DNA from: an uncultured Alphaproteobacteria bacterium
GTDB lineage: Bacteria > Pseudomonadota > Alphaproteobacteria > Sphingomonadales > Sphingomonadaceae
NCBI GenBank assembly: GCA_963703115.1
Contig: OY969788.1
Coordinates: forward strand, 855,265 to 919,264
DNA length: 64,000 bases
Direction of reading: 5' to 3'
A program made the position numbers and the translations under genes. Every line of letters starts with the position of its first letter. Position 1 is the stretch's first letter. Below the pieces are notes generated by a model. The model was not told the origin of the DNA. It saw nothing but the letters and a program-made list of their open reading frames with translations, and searched no databases. This document shows, in pieces, positions 19,217-28,274 of this stretch.

Positions 19217-20617
19217 TCAATCGTCGGCGAACCGACTTTCCAGTGCGGTGAACATTGCACGAAGGCCCAGTGCCTCGCCCCCTTTCGGACGTCCCGGCGT
19301 GGCCGAATCCCGCCACGCGTAGGTGTCGATGTGGACCCAGGGGACCTGGGGCGGCACGAATTTTTCCAGGAACAAGGCCGCGGTGATGCAGCCCGCCATT
19401 GGCGAGTTCGCGCTATTGGCAATATCGGCAAGGTTGCTTTTGAGCATGTCGGCGTAAGGCTGCCACAGCGGCAAGCGCCACAGCGGGTCCAGCGCGTGCT
19501 CGGAAGCCGCAGTGACTTGTCCCGCAAGCTCTTCGTCATTGGCGAAGAATGGCGGCAGGTCAGGCCCCATGGCGACACGTGCTGCCCCGGTCAGCGTGGC
19601 AAGGTCGATGATGCACGAAGGCTCGCTTTCCGCCGCCTTGGCCAGGGCGTCGCCCAGGACCAGCCGGCCTTCGGCATCGGTATTGTCGATTTCTACCGTC
19701 AGCCCTAGCCGCGATTTCAGAATGTCGCCCGGGCGATAGGCCGCTCCCGAAATCGCGTTCTCGACCGCGGGGATTAGAAGGTGAAGTCGCACCTTCAGGC
19801 GTTCGGACATCACTAGCCCAGCGAGTGCAAGGGCATGGGCTGCGCCGCCCATGTCCTTCTTCATATTGCGCATTCCGCTGCCCGGCTTGATGTCGAGACC
19901 GCCCGAATCGAAGCACACGCCTTTGCCGACCAATGCAAGGCGCGGGTGGCCGGGATTGCCCCATTCAAGTTCGATCAGGCGCGGTGCGCGCGCAGAAATC
20001 GCCCCGCCTCCCACGGCTGCGATCATCGGGCAGGTTTCGGCCAACGCATCGCCCTTGGTGACGGTGACCTTGGCATCGTGATTCTTGGCAAGGTCGCGAA
20101 CCGCGTCTTCCAGCTCCGCAGGCCCAAGATCGGCGGCCGGCGTGTTGACAAGGTCGCGGACCAGCGCGGTCGCCTCGGCCTCGCGGACTATGCGTTCGAT
20201 CCGCGCTGCCTTTCCGGACAGCAGGATCCGCGGCCCGCGCCGCTGGTCGCCACAAGCTTTGTAACGGTCGAATACATGCTGAGCGAGCAGCCAGCCCAGC
20301 GCGGCGATTCCCGGATCATCGCAGGCAAGGCGATATGAGCCTTCGGGCAGCGCTTCTGCCAAGCCGGCAAGGCACCAAGGCGTCAGCTGCGCGACATTGG
20401 CGACAGTCACGGCGATTTCGAATTCGTCGGTCTTGCCGGTTGGAAGAAGGAGGAACCGGCCCTTAACCCCGCCATCGAAGCCGTTGGCCTTCATCCAGGC
20501 GCGCTGGTCGGCGGGGCGGGCTTTGGCCCAATCGTCAAAGCGTGCCTTGTCGACAAGGTGGATGGTCCGGGCATCACCGCCGCGGTCGGGTTTAAGCAGG
20601 GTAGAGAAATCCGTCAT
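19217..20617 (-). CDS. M17 leucyl aminopeptidase family protein
   Basis: 466-aa ORF with the M17 signature NTDAEGRLVLGDAL and the metal-ligand region VGKGVCFDSGGLDIKPG. Confidence 0.85.
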   Translation of the reverse strand: MTDFSTLLKPDRGGDARTIHLVDKARFDDWAKARPADQRAWMKANGFDGGVKGRFLLLPTGKTDEFEIAVTVANVAQLTPWCLAGLAEALPEGSYRLACDDPGIAALGWLLAQHVFDRYKACGDQRRGPRILLSGKAARIERIVREAEATALVRDLVNTPAADLGPAELEDAVRDLAKNHDAKVTVTKGDALAETCPMIAAVGGGAISARAPRLIELEWGNPGHPRLALVGKGVCFDSGGLDIKPGSGMRNMKKDMGGAAHALALAGLVMSERLKVRLHLLIPAVENAISGAAYRPGDILKSRLGLTVEIDNTDAEGRLVLGDALAKAAESEPSCIIDLATLTGAARVAMGPDLPPFFANDEELAGQVTAASEHALDPLWRLPLWQPYADMLKSNLADIANSANSPMAGCITAALFLEKFVPPQVPWVHIDTYAWRDSATPGRPKGGEALGLRAMFTALESRFADD

Positions 20618-20658
20618 CGCGTTGATGTAGGGGCTTGATGGCCGCTTGTCAGCGCTTC

Positions 20659-21729
20659 TCAGGGTACTACCGTCACCAGCAAATAGGCGGCGAAGATGAC
20701 GAGGTGCAGCATCCCCTGCAGCACGGTCGTCATGCCGCGCGTGATCGACAAGGCTGCGACGAAAAAGGTCAGCGCAGCCAGGACGATTTCCTTGGGCTCA
20801 AGCCCCAGCGAAAGCGGCAGGTGAAAATAGATCGAAACTACCGCGACTGCCGGAATGGTCAGGCCGATGGTCGCGATTGCCGACCCCAGTGCAAGATTGA
20901 GGCTGGTTTGAAGCCGGTTGTGCCACGCCGCGCGCAACGAGGCGAGGGCTTCGGGAAGAAGCACGACGGTCGCGATGACGACACCGACCACGGCCAGGGG
21001 AAGGCCCGCGCCAAGCACCACGCCTTCGACCACGGGCGACAGTTTCTTGGCCAAGAGGACGACCGAAAAGAGGCTTGCAACCAGAAGCGCAAGCGAGGCC
21101 ACAACCTGTCGCCCGCTGGCCTTGGGCGCATGGTCTTCTTCCCCGTGGGGATGCTTTTTCGACGGCAGGAAATAGCTGCGGTGGCGGACCGTCTGCACGA
21201 AGATGAAGCTGGAATAGAGGATGAAGCTCAACGCCGCGACCGTCGCCAGCTGCACCGGGGTATAAAGTCCGCCCGGTGCGCTGACGGTAAAATTGGGAAG
21301 GATCATCGTCAGCGTCATCAGGATCGCAATCGTGGCAAGCGCGGCAGTCGCGCCCGACTGGGTAAATCCCTGTTCATTATGCTTTATGCCGCCGACCAGC
21401 AGGCACAGGCCGATGATCAGGTTCAGGATCAGCATTGCGGCCGCGAACACCGTGTCGCGCGCGATTTCGTCAATCTCGTTCTTGCCGGCCAGCATCAGCG
21501 TGACGATCAGCCCGGCCTCGATCACGGTCACTGCAAGCGCAAGGACTAGCGAACCATAAGGTTCGCCGACTTTGTGCGCGATGACTTCGGCATGATGGAC
21601 CGCGGCAATGACCACCCCGACCAGCACGATCGCCATGATCGCAGTAACGAGGCCATATGGCTTGAGTAACAAGGCAGCGAGCCCAAGGAGCGGAATGACG
21701 ACCGGCCAGGACTTCTTGATTGGGATCAT
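20659..21729 (-). CDS. Ca2+/H+ antiporter (CaCA family)
   Basis: 356-aa polytopic membrane ORF with two repeated alpha-repeat-like halves, resembling ChaA-type calcium:proton antiporters. Confidence 0.65.
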   Translation of the reverse strand: MIPIKKSWPVVIPLLGLAALLLKPYGLVTAIMAIVLVGVVIAAVHHAEVIAHKVGEPYGSLVLALAVTVIEAGLIVTLMLAGKNEIDEIARDTVFAAAMLILNLIIGLCLLVGGIKHNEQGFTQSGATAALATIAILMTLTMILPNFTVSAPGGLYTPVQLATVAALSFILYSSFIFVQTVRHRSYFLPSKKHPHGEEDHAPKASGRQVVASLALLVASLFSVVLLAKKLSPVVEGVVLGAGLPLAVVGVVIATVVLLPEALASLRAAWHNRLQTSLNLALGSAIATIGLTIPAVAVVSIYFHLPLSLGLEPKEIVLAALTFFVAALSITRGMTTVLQGMLHLVIFAAYLLVTVVP

Positions 21730-21819
21730 TATCCAAGCGTTAAACGAATTGGAAAGTCCCGGCCAGAGAGATGTTCAGGTGCGGGACAAGCGCCTTGACG
21801 CGCGATCAGGATGGATAGG

Positions 21820-23175
21820 TCAGGCGGGCACGCCGAACAGGTCGTGCTCGTCGGTTTCCTCGATCAGGACGCGGGCGAAGTCCCCTTCAGACAGGTGCGC
21901 CGCGTCGCGCAGGTGCACTTCGCCGTCGATCTCGGGTGCATCGGCCTTGGATCGCCCGGTCGCGCCCCCCGTTTCAGGGTCGACGGCATCGATCAGTATG
22001 TCGATGGTCTTGCCGACCTTGGCTTCAAGCTTGCCTGCGCTGATCCGTGCGGAAAGCTCCATCACACGGGCATAGCGTTCCTGCTTGACCTCGTCCGGAA
22101 CAGGATCGGGAAGTGCGTTGGCGGCCGCGCCCTCGACCGGCTCGAAGGTAAAGGCACCAACGCGGTCGAGCCGCGCTTCCTCGAGCCATTGCAGGAGGTA
22201 CTCGAAATCCTCGTCGGTCTCGCCCGGGAAGCCGACCACGAAGCTGGATCGGACGGCGATATCGGGACAAATGGCACGCCAGTCCTTGAGGCGTTCGAGC
22301 ACCTTGGCCTCGTTCGCGGGACGGCGCATCGCCCGAAGCACCTTTGGGCTTGCGTGCTGGAACGGGATGTCGAGATAGGGAAGTACTGTGCCCGAAGCCA
22401 TCAACGGGATCACCTGGTCGACGTGCGGGTAGGGGTAGACATAATGAAGCCGTACCCAAACCTGCTCGCCTTCGGGTGTGCGGAGGCTGCCCAACTCCCT
22501 GGCGAGGTCGGTCATATGGGGCGTGACTTCCCGGCCGTGCCAGGTCCGCGGTTGCTTGCGGATATCGACGCCATAGGCCGACGTGTCCTGGCTGATGACC
22601 AGCAATTCCTTGGTTCCGGCGGCCACCAGTTTCTCCGCTTCGCGCAGGATGGCGTCGGGGCGGCGGCTGGCAAGATCGCCGCGGATCGAAGGAATGATGC
22701 AAAACGCGCAGCGGTGGTTACAGCCCTCGGAAATCTTCAAGTAACTGTAGTGGCGCGGGGTAAGCTTTAGCCCGGCCTCTGGAACCAGATCGATGAACGG
22801 CGAAGGGACCGGCGGGGCTGCCGCATGAACTGCAGAGACAACCGCTTCATACTGGTGCGGGCCGGTAATCGCGAGCACTTGCGGAAAGCGCGCCCGGATA
22901 ACGTCGGCTTCGTTGCCCATGCAGCCGGTCACGACCACGCGGCCGTTTTCGGCAATCGCCTCACCGATCGCTTCCAGGCTCTCTTCCTTGGCGCTGTCGA
23001 GGAAGCCGCAGGTATTCACCAGAACCACGTCGGCTCCGGCATAGTCGGGGCTCATGTGATAGCCGTCTGAGCGCAACTTGGTCATGATGCGCTCGGAATC
23101 GACCAGCGCCTTGGGGCAGCCGAGCGAGACCAGGCCCACGCGCGGGGCATCGGGGATTTTGGTTGTAATGGTCAT
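21820..23175 (-). CDS. rimO: ribosomal protein S12 methylthiotransferase RimO
   Basis: 451-aa ORF: [16 protein letters not shown] (UPF0004 domain), the radical SAM motif [13 protein letters not shown], and a C-terminal TRAM domain. Confidence 0.92.
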   Translation of the reverse strand: MTITTKIPDAPRVGLVSLGCPKALVDSERIMTKLRSDGYHMSPDYAGADVVLVNTCGFLDSAKEESLEAIGEAIAENGRVVVTGCMGNEADVIRARFPQVLAITGPHQYEAVVSAVHAAAPPVPSPFIDLVPEAGLKLTPRHYSYLKISEGCNHRCAFCIIPSIRGDLASRRPDAILREAEKLVAAGTKELLVISQDTSAYGVDIRKQPRTWHGREVTPHMTDLARELGSLRTPEGEQVWVRLHYVYPYPHVDQVIPLMASGTVLPYLDIPFQHASPKVLRAMRRPANEAKVLERLKDWRAICPDIAVRSSFVVGFPGETDEDFEYLLQWLEEARLDRVGAFTFEPVEGAAANALPDPVPDEVKQERYARVMELSARISAGKLEAKVGKTIDILIDAVDPETGGATGRSKADAPEIDGEVHLRDAAHLSEGDFARVLIEETDEHDLFGVPA

Positions 23176-23241
23176 GGGTTTCGCGCGCCCAGTAGCGGGA
23201 ATTCGCGCGCAAATCGAGCAGCTTGTGCGACCCGCGACGAT

Positions 23242-24294
23242 TTAGCCCTTGGGTACCTTGGGCATCAGGTGTTCGGGAATGATCTCAATGATCCGGTCGC
23301 CAAGTTCCAGACGATTCGCACCTTCCTCCCAAAAGCCGATCGGATTGCCCGAACGAATCACCCTTAGGCCGATGCCGACCGCGGCTTCGTGAAGGCCCTT
23401 GCCGATCTCGAACTTCTCGATCTCGCGCTCGTGGATTCGGACTTGCCCCGCCGCCGAGGCAAGGTCCTTCATATAGTCGGCAATTCCGCGGCCATCGATC
23501 GACCCGGCAAGTAGCAGGCTTGCGAAACTGGTCGGGTTGATGACCACGTCGGCACCTGCTGCGCAGGCTGGAAATTCATTGTCATAGGCGCGCACCGCCA
23601 CCGAAATGGGAAGTCCGGGCGCAAGGTGCCGAGCGGTAAGGCAAATGAGGATCGAGGTATCGTCGCGGCCTGCCGACACCATCATCGCGCGCGCGCGTTC
23701 GACGTGTACCGCGTGCAGCGTGAAATCGCGCGTCGCATCGCCCTGAAGCACCGCACAGCCCATCGCTTCGGCGCGTTCCAGCGCGGCTTCGTCAGGGTCT
23801 ATCACGACGATCTTCTTGGGATTCGTGCCGCGCTCGATCAGTTCGCACACGGTCTGCGATCCGCTGTTTCCGAAGCCCGCGACGATCACGTGGCCCTTAA
23901 GTGTTTGCTGGATTCTTTTCATGATGAACTTGTTCCAGGTGCGCTTGATGACAAAGGTGTAGGCGGTGCCGGCGAGGATGAGGAGGAAAAAGATCCGCGC
24001 CGGGGTTACGATCAGGGCATCGAACAGGCGCGCTCGATCGGTGACCGGGACGATGTCGCCATAACCGGTGGTGGTGAGCGAGATCATCGTGAAATAGACG
24101 ACGTCGGAAAAGCTCATCACCCCGTCGACATTGTCGAGAAAGGCCCGTCTTTCCGTCCAGTGCACGAGGATGATGAACCCAAGCAGCCCAAGCATCGCCG
24201 CAAAGCGGATCAGCAGTGCAGGCCAGGGCCGGATCCGGCTGCTTTGGCGAAGGAGCGGCTTTTGCCGTGGGTCGGTCGACCTTGGCGAAACCAT
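23242..24294 (-). CDS. potassium channel protein with RCK/TrkA-N domain
   Basis: The selectivity filter TTTGYGD follows two TM helices. A Rossmann-type VIVAGFGNSGSQ RCK domain lies downstream. Confidence 0.85.
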   Translation of the reverse strand: MVSPRSTDPRQKPLLRQSSRIRPWPALLIRFAAMLGLLGFIILVHWTERRAFLDNVDGVMSFSDVVYFTMISLTTTGYGDIVPVTDRARLFDALIVTPARIFFLLILAGTAYTFVIKRTWNKFIMKRIQQTLKGHVIVAGFGNSGSQTVCELIERGTNPKKIVVIDPDEAALERAEAMGCAVLQGDATRDFTLHAVHVERARAMMVSAGRDDTSILICLTARHLAPGLPISVAVRAYDNEFPACAAGADVVINPTSFASLLLAGSIDGRGIADYMKDLASAAGQVRIHEREIEKFEIGKGLHEAAVGIGLRVIRSGNPIGFWEEGANRLELGDRIIEIIPEHLMPKVPKG

Positions 24295-24374
24295 CGATTA
24301 CGAGGGGTCCGGGTAGCGCATCCCGCTTTCTATAACTAAAGCGCGCAAAAGCACCAATTTGGCGTGGAGACGGC

Positions 24375-25685
24375 ATGAAAATCGCAATGATCGGCACCGG
24401 CTATGTGGGGTTGGTTTCTGGTGCCTGTTTCGCCGATTTTGGCCATGACGTCACCTGTGTCGACAAGGACGAGAGCAAGATTGCCGGGCTGCATGCCGGC
24501 AAGATGCCGATCTGGGAGCCCGGCCTGGACGGATTGGTGGAATCTAATGTTGCGCGCGGCCGTCTTATGTTCACCACCGATCTTGCCGCCGGGGTCAAGG
24601 AAGCCCAGGCGGTGTTCATCGCGGTGGGAACGCCGGCGCGGCGCGGCGACGGCCACGCCGACTTGAGTTACGTTTATGCCGCAGTGCGTGAGCTTGCCCG
24701 CCATATCCAGCCCGGAACGGTAGTCGTCACCAAGTCGACAGTCCCGGTCGGAACCGGCGACGAGATCGAGCGGATCCTGGGCGAAGAAGGGGTCACCGGC
24801 GTGTCGGTTGCTTCCAACCCCGAGTTCCTGCGCGAGGGCGCTGCGATCGCGGATTTCAAGCATCCCGACCGGATCGTGGTCGGCGCAAGCGATGAGCGCG
24901 CGGCCGAAGCGCTGAAGGAGATTTACCGGCCCTTGTTCCTCAACCGCGCGCCTATCCTGGTAACCGCGCGGCGCACGGCAGAGCTGATCAAATATGCCGC
25001 CAATGCCTTCCTCGCGGTCAAGATCAGCTTCATCAACGAAATCGCGGATTTGTGCGAAGCAGTCGATGCCGACGTGCAGGACGTGGCGCGCGGGATCGGC
25101 CTGGATAATCGCATCGGCGCGAAATTTCTTCACGCCGGCCCCGGCTATGGCGGAAGTTGCTTTCCCAAGGACACGCTGGCCTTGCTCCAGACTGCCCAGC
25201 AGGCGGGGGTCGAGCAGCAGATAGTCACCGCCACCGTCAAGGTGAACGACGAGCGCAAGTCGGCAATGGCGAGCCGGGTGGCCCGGGCATTGGGCGGGAA
25301 GCTTGAAGGAAAAACCATCGCGCTGCTGGGCCTGGCCTTCAAGCCCAACACCGATGACATGCGCGACGCGCCCTCGATCCCGCTGGTCGCCGGTTTGCTG
25401 GACAAGGGTGCAACGGTTGCCGCGTTCGACCCGGTCGCGCGCGAACAAGCTGAAAAAGTCATCACCGGCATTCGCTTCGCCGACGATGCCTACAGCGCTG
25501 TCGAGGGCGCGGACGCGGTCGTGATTGTCACGGAATGGGACGAATTCAGGGCCCTTGACCTCAATCGCCTTGCGGAGCGGATGAACGGCAGCGTCCTGAT
25601 CGACCTTCGCAACGTCTACGAAGCGCACGAGGCTGAACGCGCCGGGCTGAACTATATCGGCATCGGCCGCGGCAAGATCGGCTGA
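24375..25685 (+). CDS. ugd: UDP-glucose 6-dehydrogenase
   Basis: 436-aa ORF: MKIAMIGTGYVGLVSGACFA, GGSCFPKDT (catalytic Cys) and LGLAFKPNTDDMRDAP. Confidence 0.92.
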   Translation: MKIAMIGTGYVGLVSGACFADFGHDVTCVDKDESKIAGLHAGKMPIWEPGLDGLVESNVARGRLMFTTDLAAGVKEAQAVFIAVGTPARRGDGHADLSYVYAAVRELARHIQPGTVVVTKSTVPVGTGDEIERILGEEGVTGVSVASNPEFLREGAAIADFKHPDRIVVGASDERAAEALKEIYRPLFLNRAPILVTARRTAELIKYAANAFLAVKISFINEIADLCEAVDADVQDVARGIGLDNRIGAKFLHAGPGYGGSCFPKDTLALLQTAQQAGVEQQIVTATVKVNDERKSAMASRVARALGGKLEGKTIALLGLAFKPNTDDMRDAPSIPLVAGLLDKGATVAAFDPVAREQAEKVITGIRFADDAYSAVEGADAVVIVTEWDEFRALDLNRLAERMNGSVLIDLRNVYEAHEAERAGLNYIGIGRGKIG

Positions 25686-25832
25686 TCTTCGAGCGAAACA
25701 TTTTTGCGCGATCGCCATAGCGGCTTACAGTGGTGCTGATTTCACCGATCGGAGATTGACGACATTCTGGCCCGCACCAAACACCTGTCGACCATTGCCC
25801 CGCGCTCGTTCCTGGCGCGGCGGCGGGTCCAG

Positions 25833-27044
25833 TTGATCGGCGCGCTGGCGGTCAGCGCGCTGTTGCCATGGCTTATCCGGCTGCTCTTGCCCGGCACGAT
25901 CTTGGAAGAAGCGTCGGTCAACGGCCTGGTCGGCAACATCGTCGCAATTATCCTGGCTTTCTGGATGCGCCTGTCGATCAACGTCTATCCCGGCATCCAG
26001 CGGTCCAGCGTCATCCTGCCCTCTGCGCTTACCGGGCACGGAATCGTCTTGCTGTGGTTCGTCCTCACGCGCTTTCCCTATGACCGGCTGGAACTTACGC
26101 TGGGGTTCTTGTTCCACGTCGCCTGGCTGTACTTGATGTACGTCTATGCCGAGCGCGGGATCGAACGGCGGATCGGGATCGTCCCGTTCGGCGATGTCAC
26201 GCCGCTGGGCAAGATTCCGGGCGTGCGCTGGAGCACGCTCGAGAGGCCCGCCGTCAACCGCCAAGATAAAATGGACGCGCTGGTCGCCGACTTTAACGCC
26301 GACCTGCCAGACAAGTGGGAGGCGTTCCTCGCCGATCAGGCACTCGCCGGACGGATGGTTTACCAGGTCAAGCAACTCTCGGAATCGCTGACCGGCCGGG
26401 TAGAAATCGACCATCTTTCGGAAAACAGCTTTGGAAGCCTCGTCCCGGCACGCGGCTATTTCTATCTCAAGTCCGTGCTCGATTGGCTGGTCGCTTTTGC
26501 ACTGTTTCCGATCGCCCTGCCGTTCATGTTGGTGATTGCAGCTGCAATTCGCTTCGACAGCCACGGTCCTGCGCTGTTCCGACAGACCAGGGTTGGCCAC
26601 CGCGGCGACCCGATCACGGTCTACAAGTTTCGGACCATGCGAACGGTCGATTTCGACGACGCGCTGGAAGCCGCCAAGACCGATGACGAGGACGACCGGA
26701 TTACCAGGGTCGGAAACTGGCTGCGCAAGACCCGGCTGGATGAGGTGCCGCAGATGGTCAACATCCTACTTGGAGAGATGAGCTGGATCGGCCCGAGGCC
26801 CGAAGCACAGGTCCTTTCCAGTTGGTACACCAATGAAATCCCCTTCTATCGCTATCGCCACGTGGTGAAGCCGGGGATTTCGGGCTGGGCCCAGGTCAAC
26901 CAGGGTCACGTCGCCGAGGTGGACGAAGTCCACACCAAGCTCCAGTACGATTTCTATTACATCAAATATTTCTCGCCTTGGCTCGACATCCTGATCCTGT
27001 TCCGGACCGCCAAGACGATGCTTTCGGGGTTTGGCGCGCGCTAG
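25833..27044 (+). CDS. polyprenyl-phosphate sugar phosphotransferase (priming glycosyltransferase, bacterial sugar transferase family)
   Basis: An N-terminal TM region is followed by a C-terminal domain with GPALFRQTRVG, ITVYKFRTM, DEVPQMVNILLGEMSWIGPRP, PGISGWAQV and DILILFRT. TTG at 25833 is the only canonical start. Confidence 0.85.
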   Translation: MIGALAVSALLPWLIRLLLPGTILEEASVNGLVGNIVAIILAFWMRLSINVYPGIQRSSVILPSALTGHGIVLLWFVLTRFPYDRLELTLGFLFHVAWLYLMYVYAERGIERRIGIVPFGDVTPLGKIPGVRWSTLERPAVNRQDKMDALVADFNADLPDKWEAFLADQALAGRMVYQVKQLSESLTGRVEIDHLSENSFGSLVPARGYFYLKSVLDWLVAFALFPIALPFMLVIAAAIRFDSHGPALFRQTRVGHRGDPITVYKFRTMRTVDFDDALEAAKTDDEDDRITRVGNWLRKTRLDEVPQMVNILLGEMSWIGPRPEAQVLSSWYTNEIPFYRYRHVVKPGISGWAQVNQGHVAEVDEVHTKLQYDFYYIKYFSPWLDILILFRTAKTMLSGFGAR

Positions 27045-27652
27045 GAAATCAGCGCATCGAGCTTTGCAAGGGCCGCAGAGTCACTCTCGGCCATGTCGAT
27101 GGTCGAGGCGAGCTTTCCATCCTTGTCCATAAGGAACACCGTTGCGGTGTGGTCGATGGTGAAGTCGCCGCCCTTGGCCGGCACCTTTTCGTAATAGACA
27201 TGATAGGCGCGCACGACCTTCGCGAGTTGCGCTGTCGAACCGGTTAGTCCGGTGATCGGAACACCGAACAGGTCGAGATACCGGCCAATGTCGGCGGGAC
27301 TGTCGTGGTCCGGATCGAGCGAGACGAAGACGATTCGCAACTGTTTCCCGCCAGGCCCAAGCGCCTTCTTCCATCGCGCCAGCTTGGCAAGGGTGGTCGG
27401 GCAAACATCGGGGCATCGCGTGTAACCGAAGAACAGTGCGAAAGGCTGGCCGCGAAGGTCCGCGTCAGTAACCGTAGCTCCCTTGGTGTCGATAAGCGCG
27501 AAGGGGCCGCCCACACTTGCAGCGTAATTGGAAGCGGGACGGTCGTTCGGCTCTGCCCGACGAGTCGCGGTCCACAGTACCCAGCTAGCAAGGATCAAGA
27601 CCAGCCCCCAGAGCACGAGCCGGATGGTTCGTAGACGGTTGCGATCAGCCAT
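27041..27652 (-). CDS. SCO1/SenC-family copper chaperone
   Basis: A membrane anchor plus a thioredoxin fold with FGYTRCPDVCPTTL. The ATG at 27652 overlaps the upstream PCuAC stop by 8 nt; the ORF track start at 27706 is probably too long. Confidence 0.85.
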   Translation of the reverse strand: MADRNRLRTIRLVLWGLVLILASWVLWTATRRAEPNDRPASNYAASVGGPFALIDTKGATVTDADLRGQPFALFFGYTRCPDVCPTTLAKLARWKKALGPGGKQLRIVFVSLDPDHDSPADIGRYLDLFGVPITGLTGSTAQLAKVVRAYHVYYEKVPAKGGDFTIDHTATVFLMDKDGKLASTIDMAESDSAALAKLDALIS

Positions 27653-28175
27653 TGGCGGCAAGTTCAGGACCGGTAGATTCGACCGGCAAGACCGGAACCG
27701 CGACATCGATTGTCCCGGCTTTTTCGAACTGGAGTGTGATTGGAAGGATCGTTCCGCGCTCCAAGGGATGCTTTAGATCGACCAGCATCAGGTGGGTGCC
27801 GCCGGGACCCAGCGTCAACGATTCCCCGGTCGCAAGGTCAAGACCATCTTGGACCTGGCGCATACGCATGATGTTCCCGTCCATCGCCATGACGTGAAGC
27901 TCGATCCGCTCGGCCATCGGACTTGATGCCGAAAGCAGTCGGTCATTGACGCCTTCCGCGTTGACGATGCGCATGAAAGCGCCGCCATTATCCTGCCCCG
28001 GCGCGGTTTCGCGCGCCCAGGCTTCGGCCAGGGTGATCTGGTTCGCAGCGGGCTCGACCGCCTCACTTTCCGGGGCCGTCGGCGCCTTGGAGCAGGCGGC
28101 AAGCGCAACCACCGCGCACAAGGCAAGCGATTGGGCGATGCGCACGGACGCGATCGGGAAGAGGGCATTCGGCAC
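27645..28175 (-). CDS. copper chaperone PCu(A)C (DUF461)
   Basis: Lipoprotein-like signal (LALCAVVALAACS), then the Met/His-rich motif region HVMAMDGNIMRMR typical of PCuAC. It is coupled to the SCO gene. Confidence 0.8.
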   Translation of the reverse strand: MPNALFPIASVRIAQSLALCAVVALAACSKAPTAPESEAVEPAANQITLAEAWARETAPGQDNGGAFMRIVNAEGVNDRLLSASSPMAERIELHVMAMDGNIMRMRQVQDGLDLATGESLTLGPGGTHLMLVDLKHPLERGTILPITLQFEKAGTIDVAVPVLPVESTGPELAANG

Positions 28176-28274
28176 TTTTCGGTCCTCGGGCAGCCTGTCG
28201 ACTGCGTGCCGATAGCGAAATCGGCTCGGCCTGTCATTTCCGTCATCCTTAAGGCCGCAAAGCGCAGGCCCGAA

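Noticed and set aside
24336-25718. 460-aa minus-strand ORF opposite ugd. Similar long antisense ORFs occur at 6699..7508, 10869..11786, 25725..26600, 33558..34487 and 41525..42637.
   Set aside because: All overlap confidently identified genes on the other strand and show only the low-complexity Arg/Gly/Pro/Ala bias expected from the GC3 skew.
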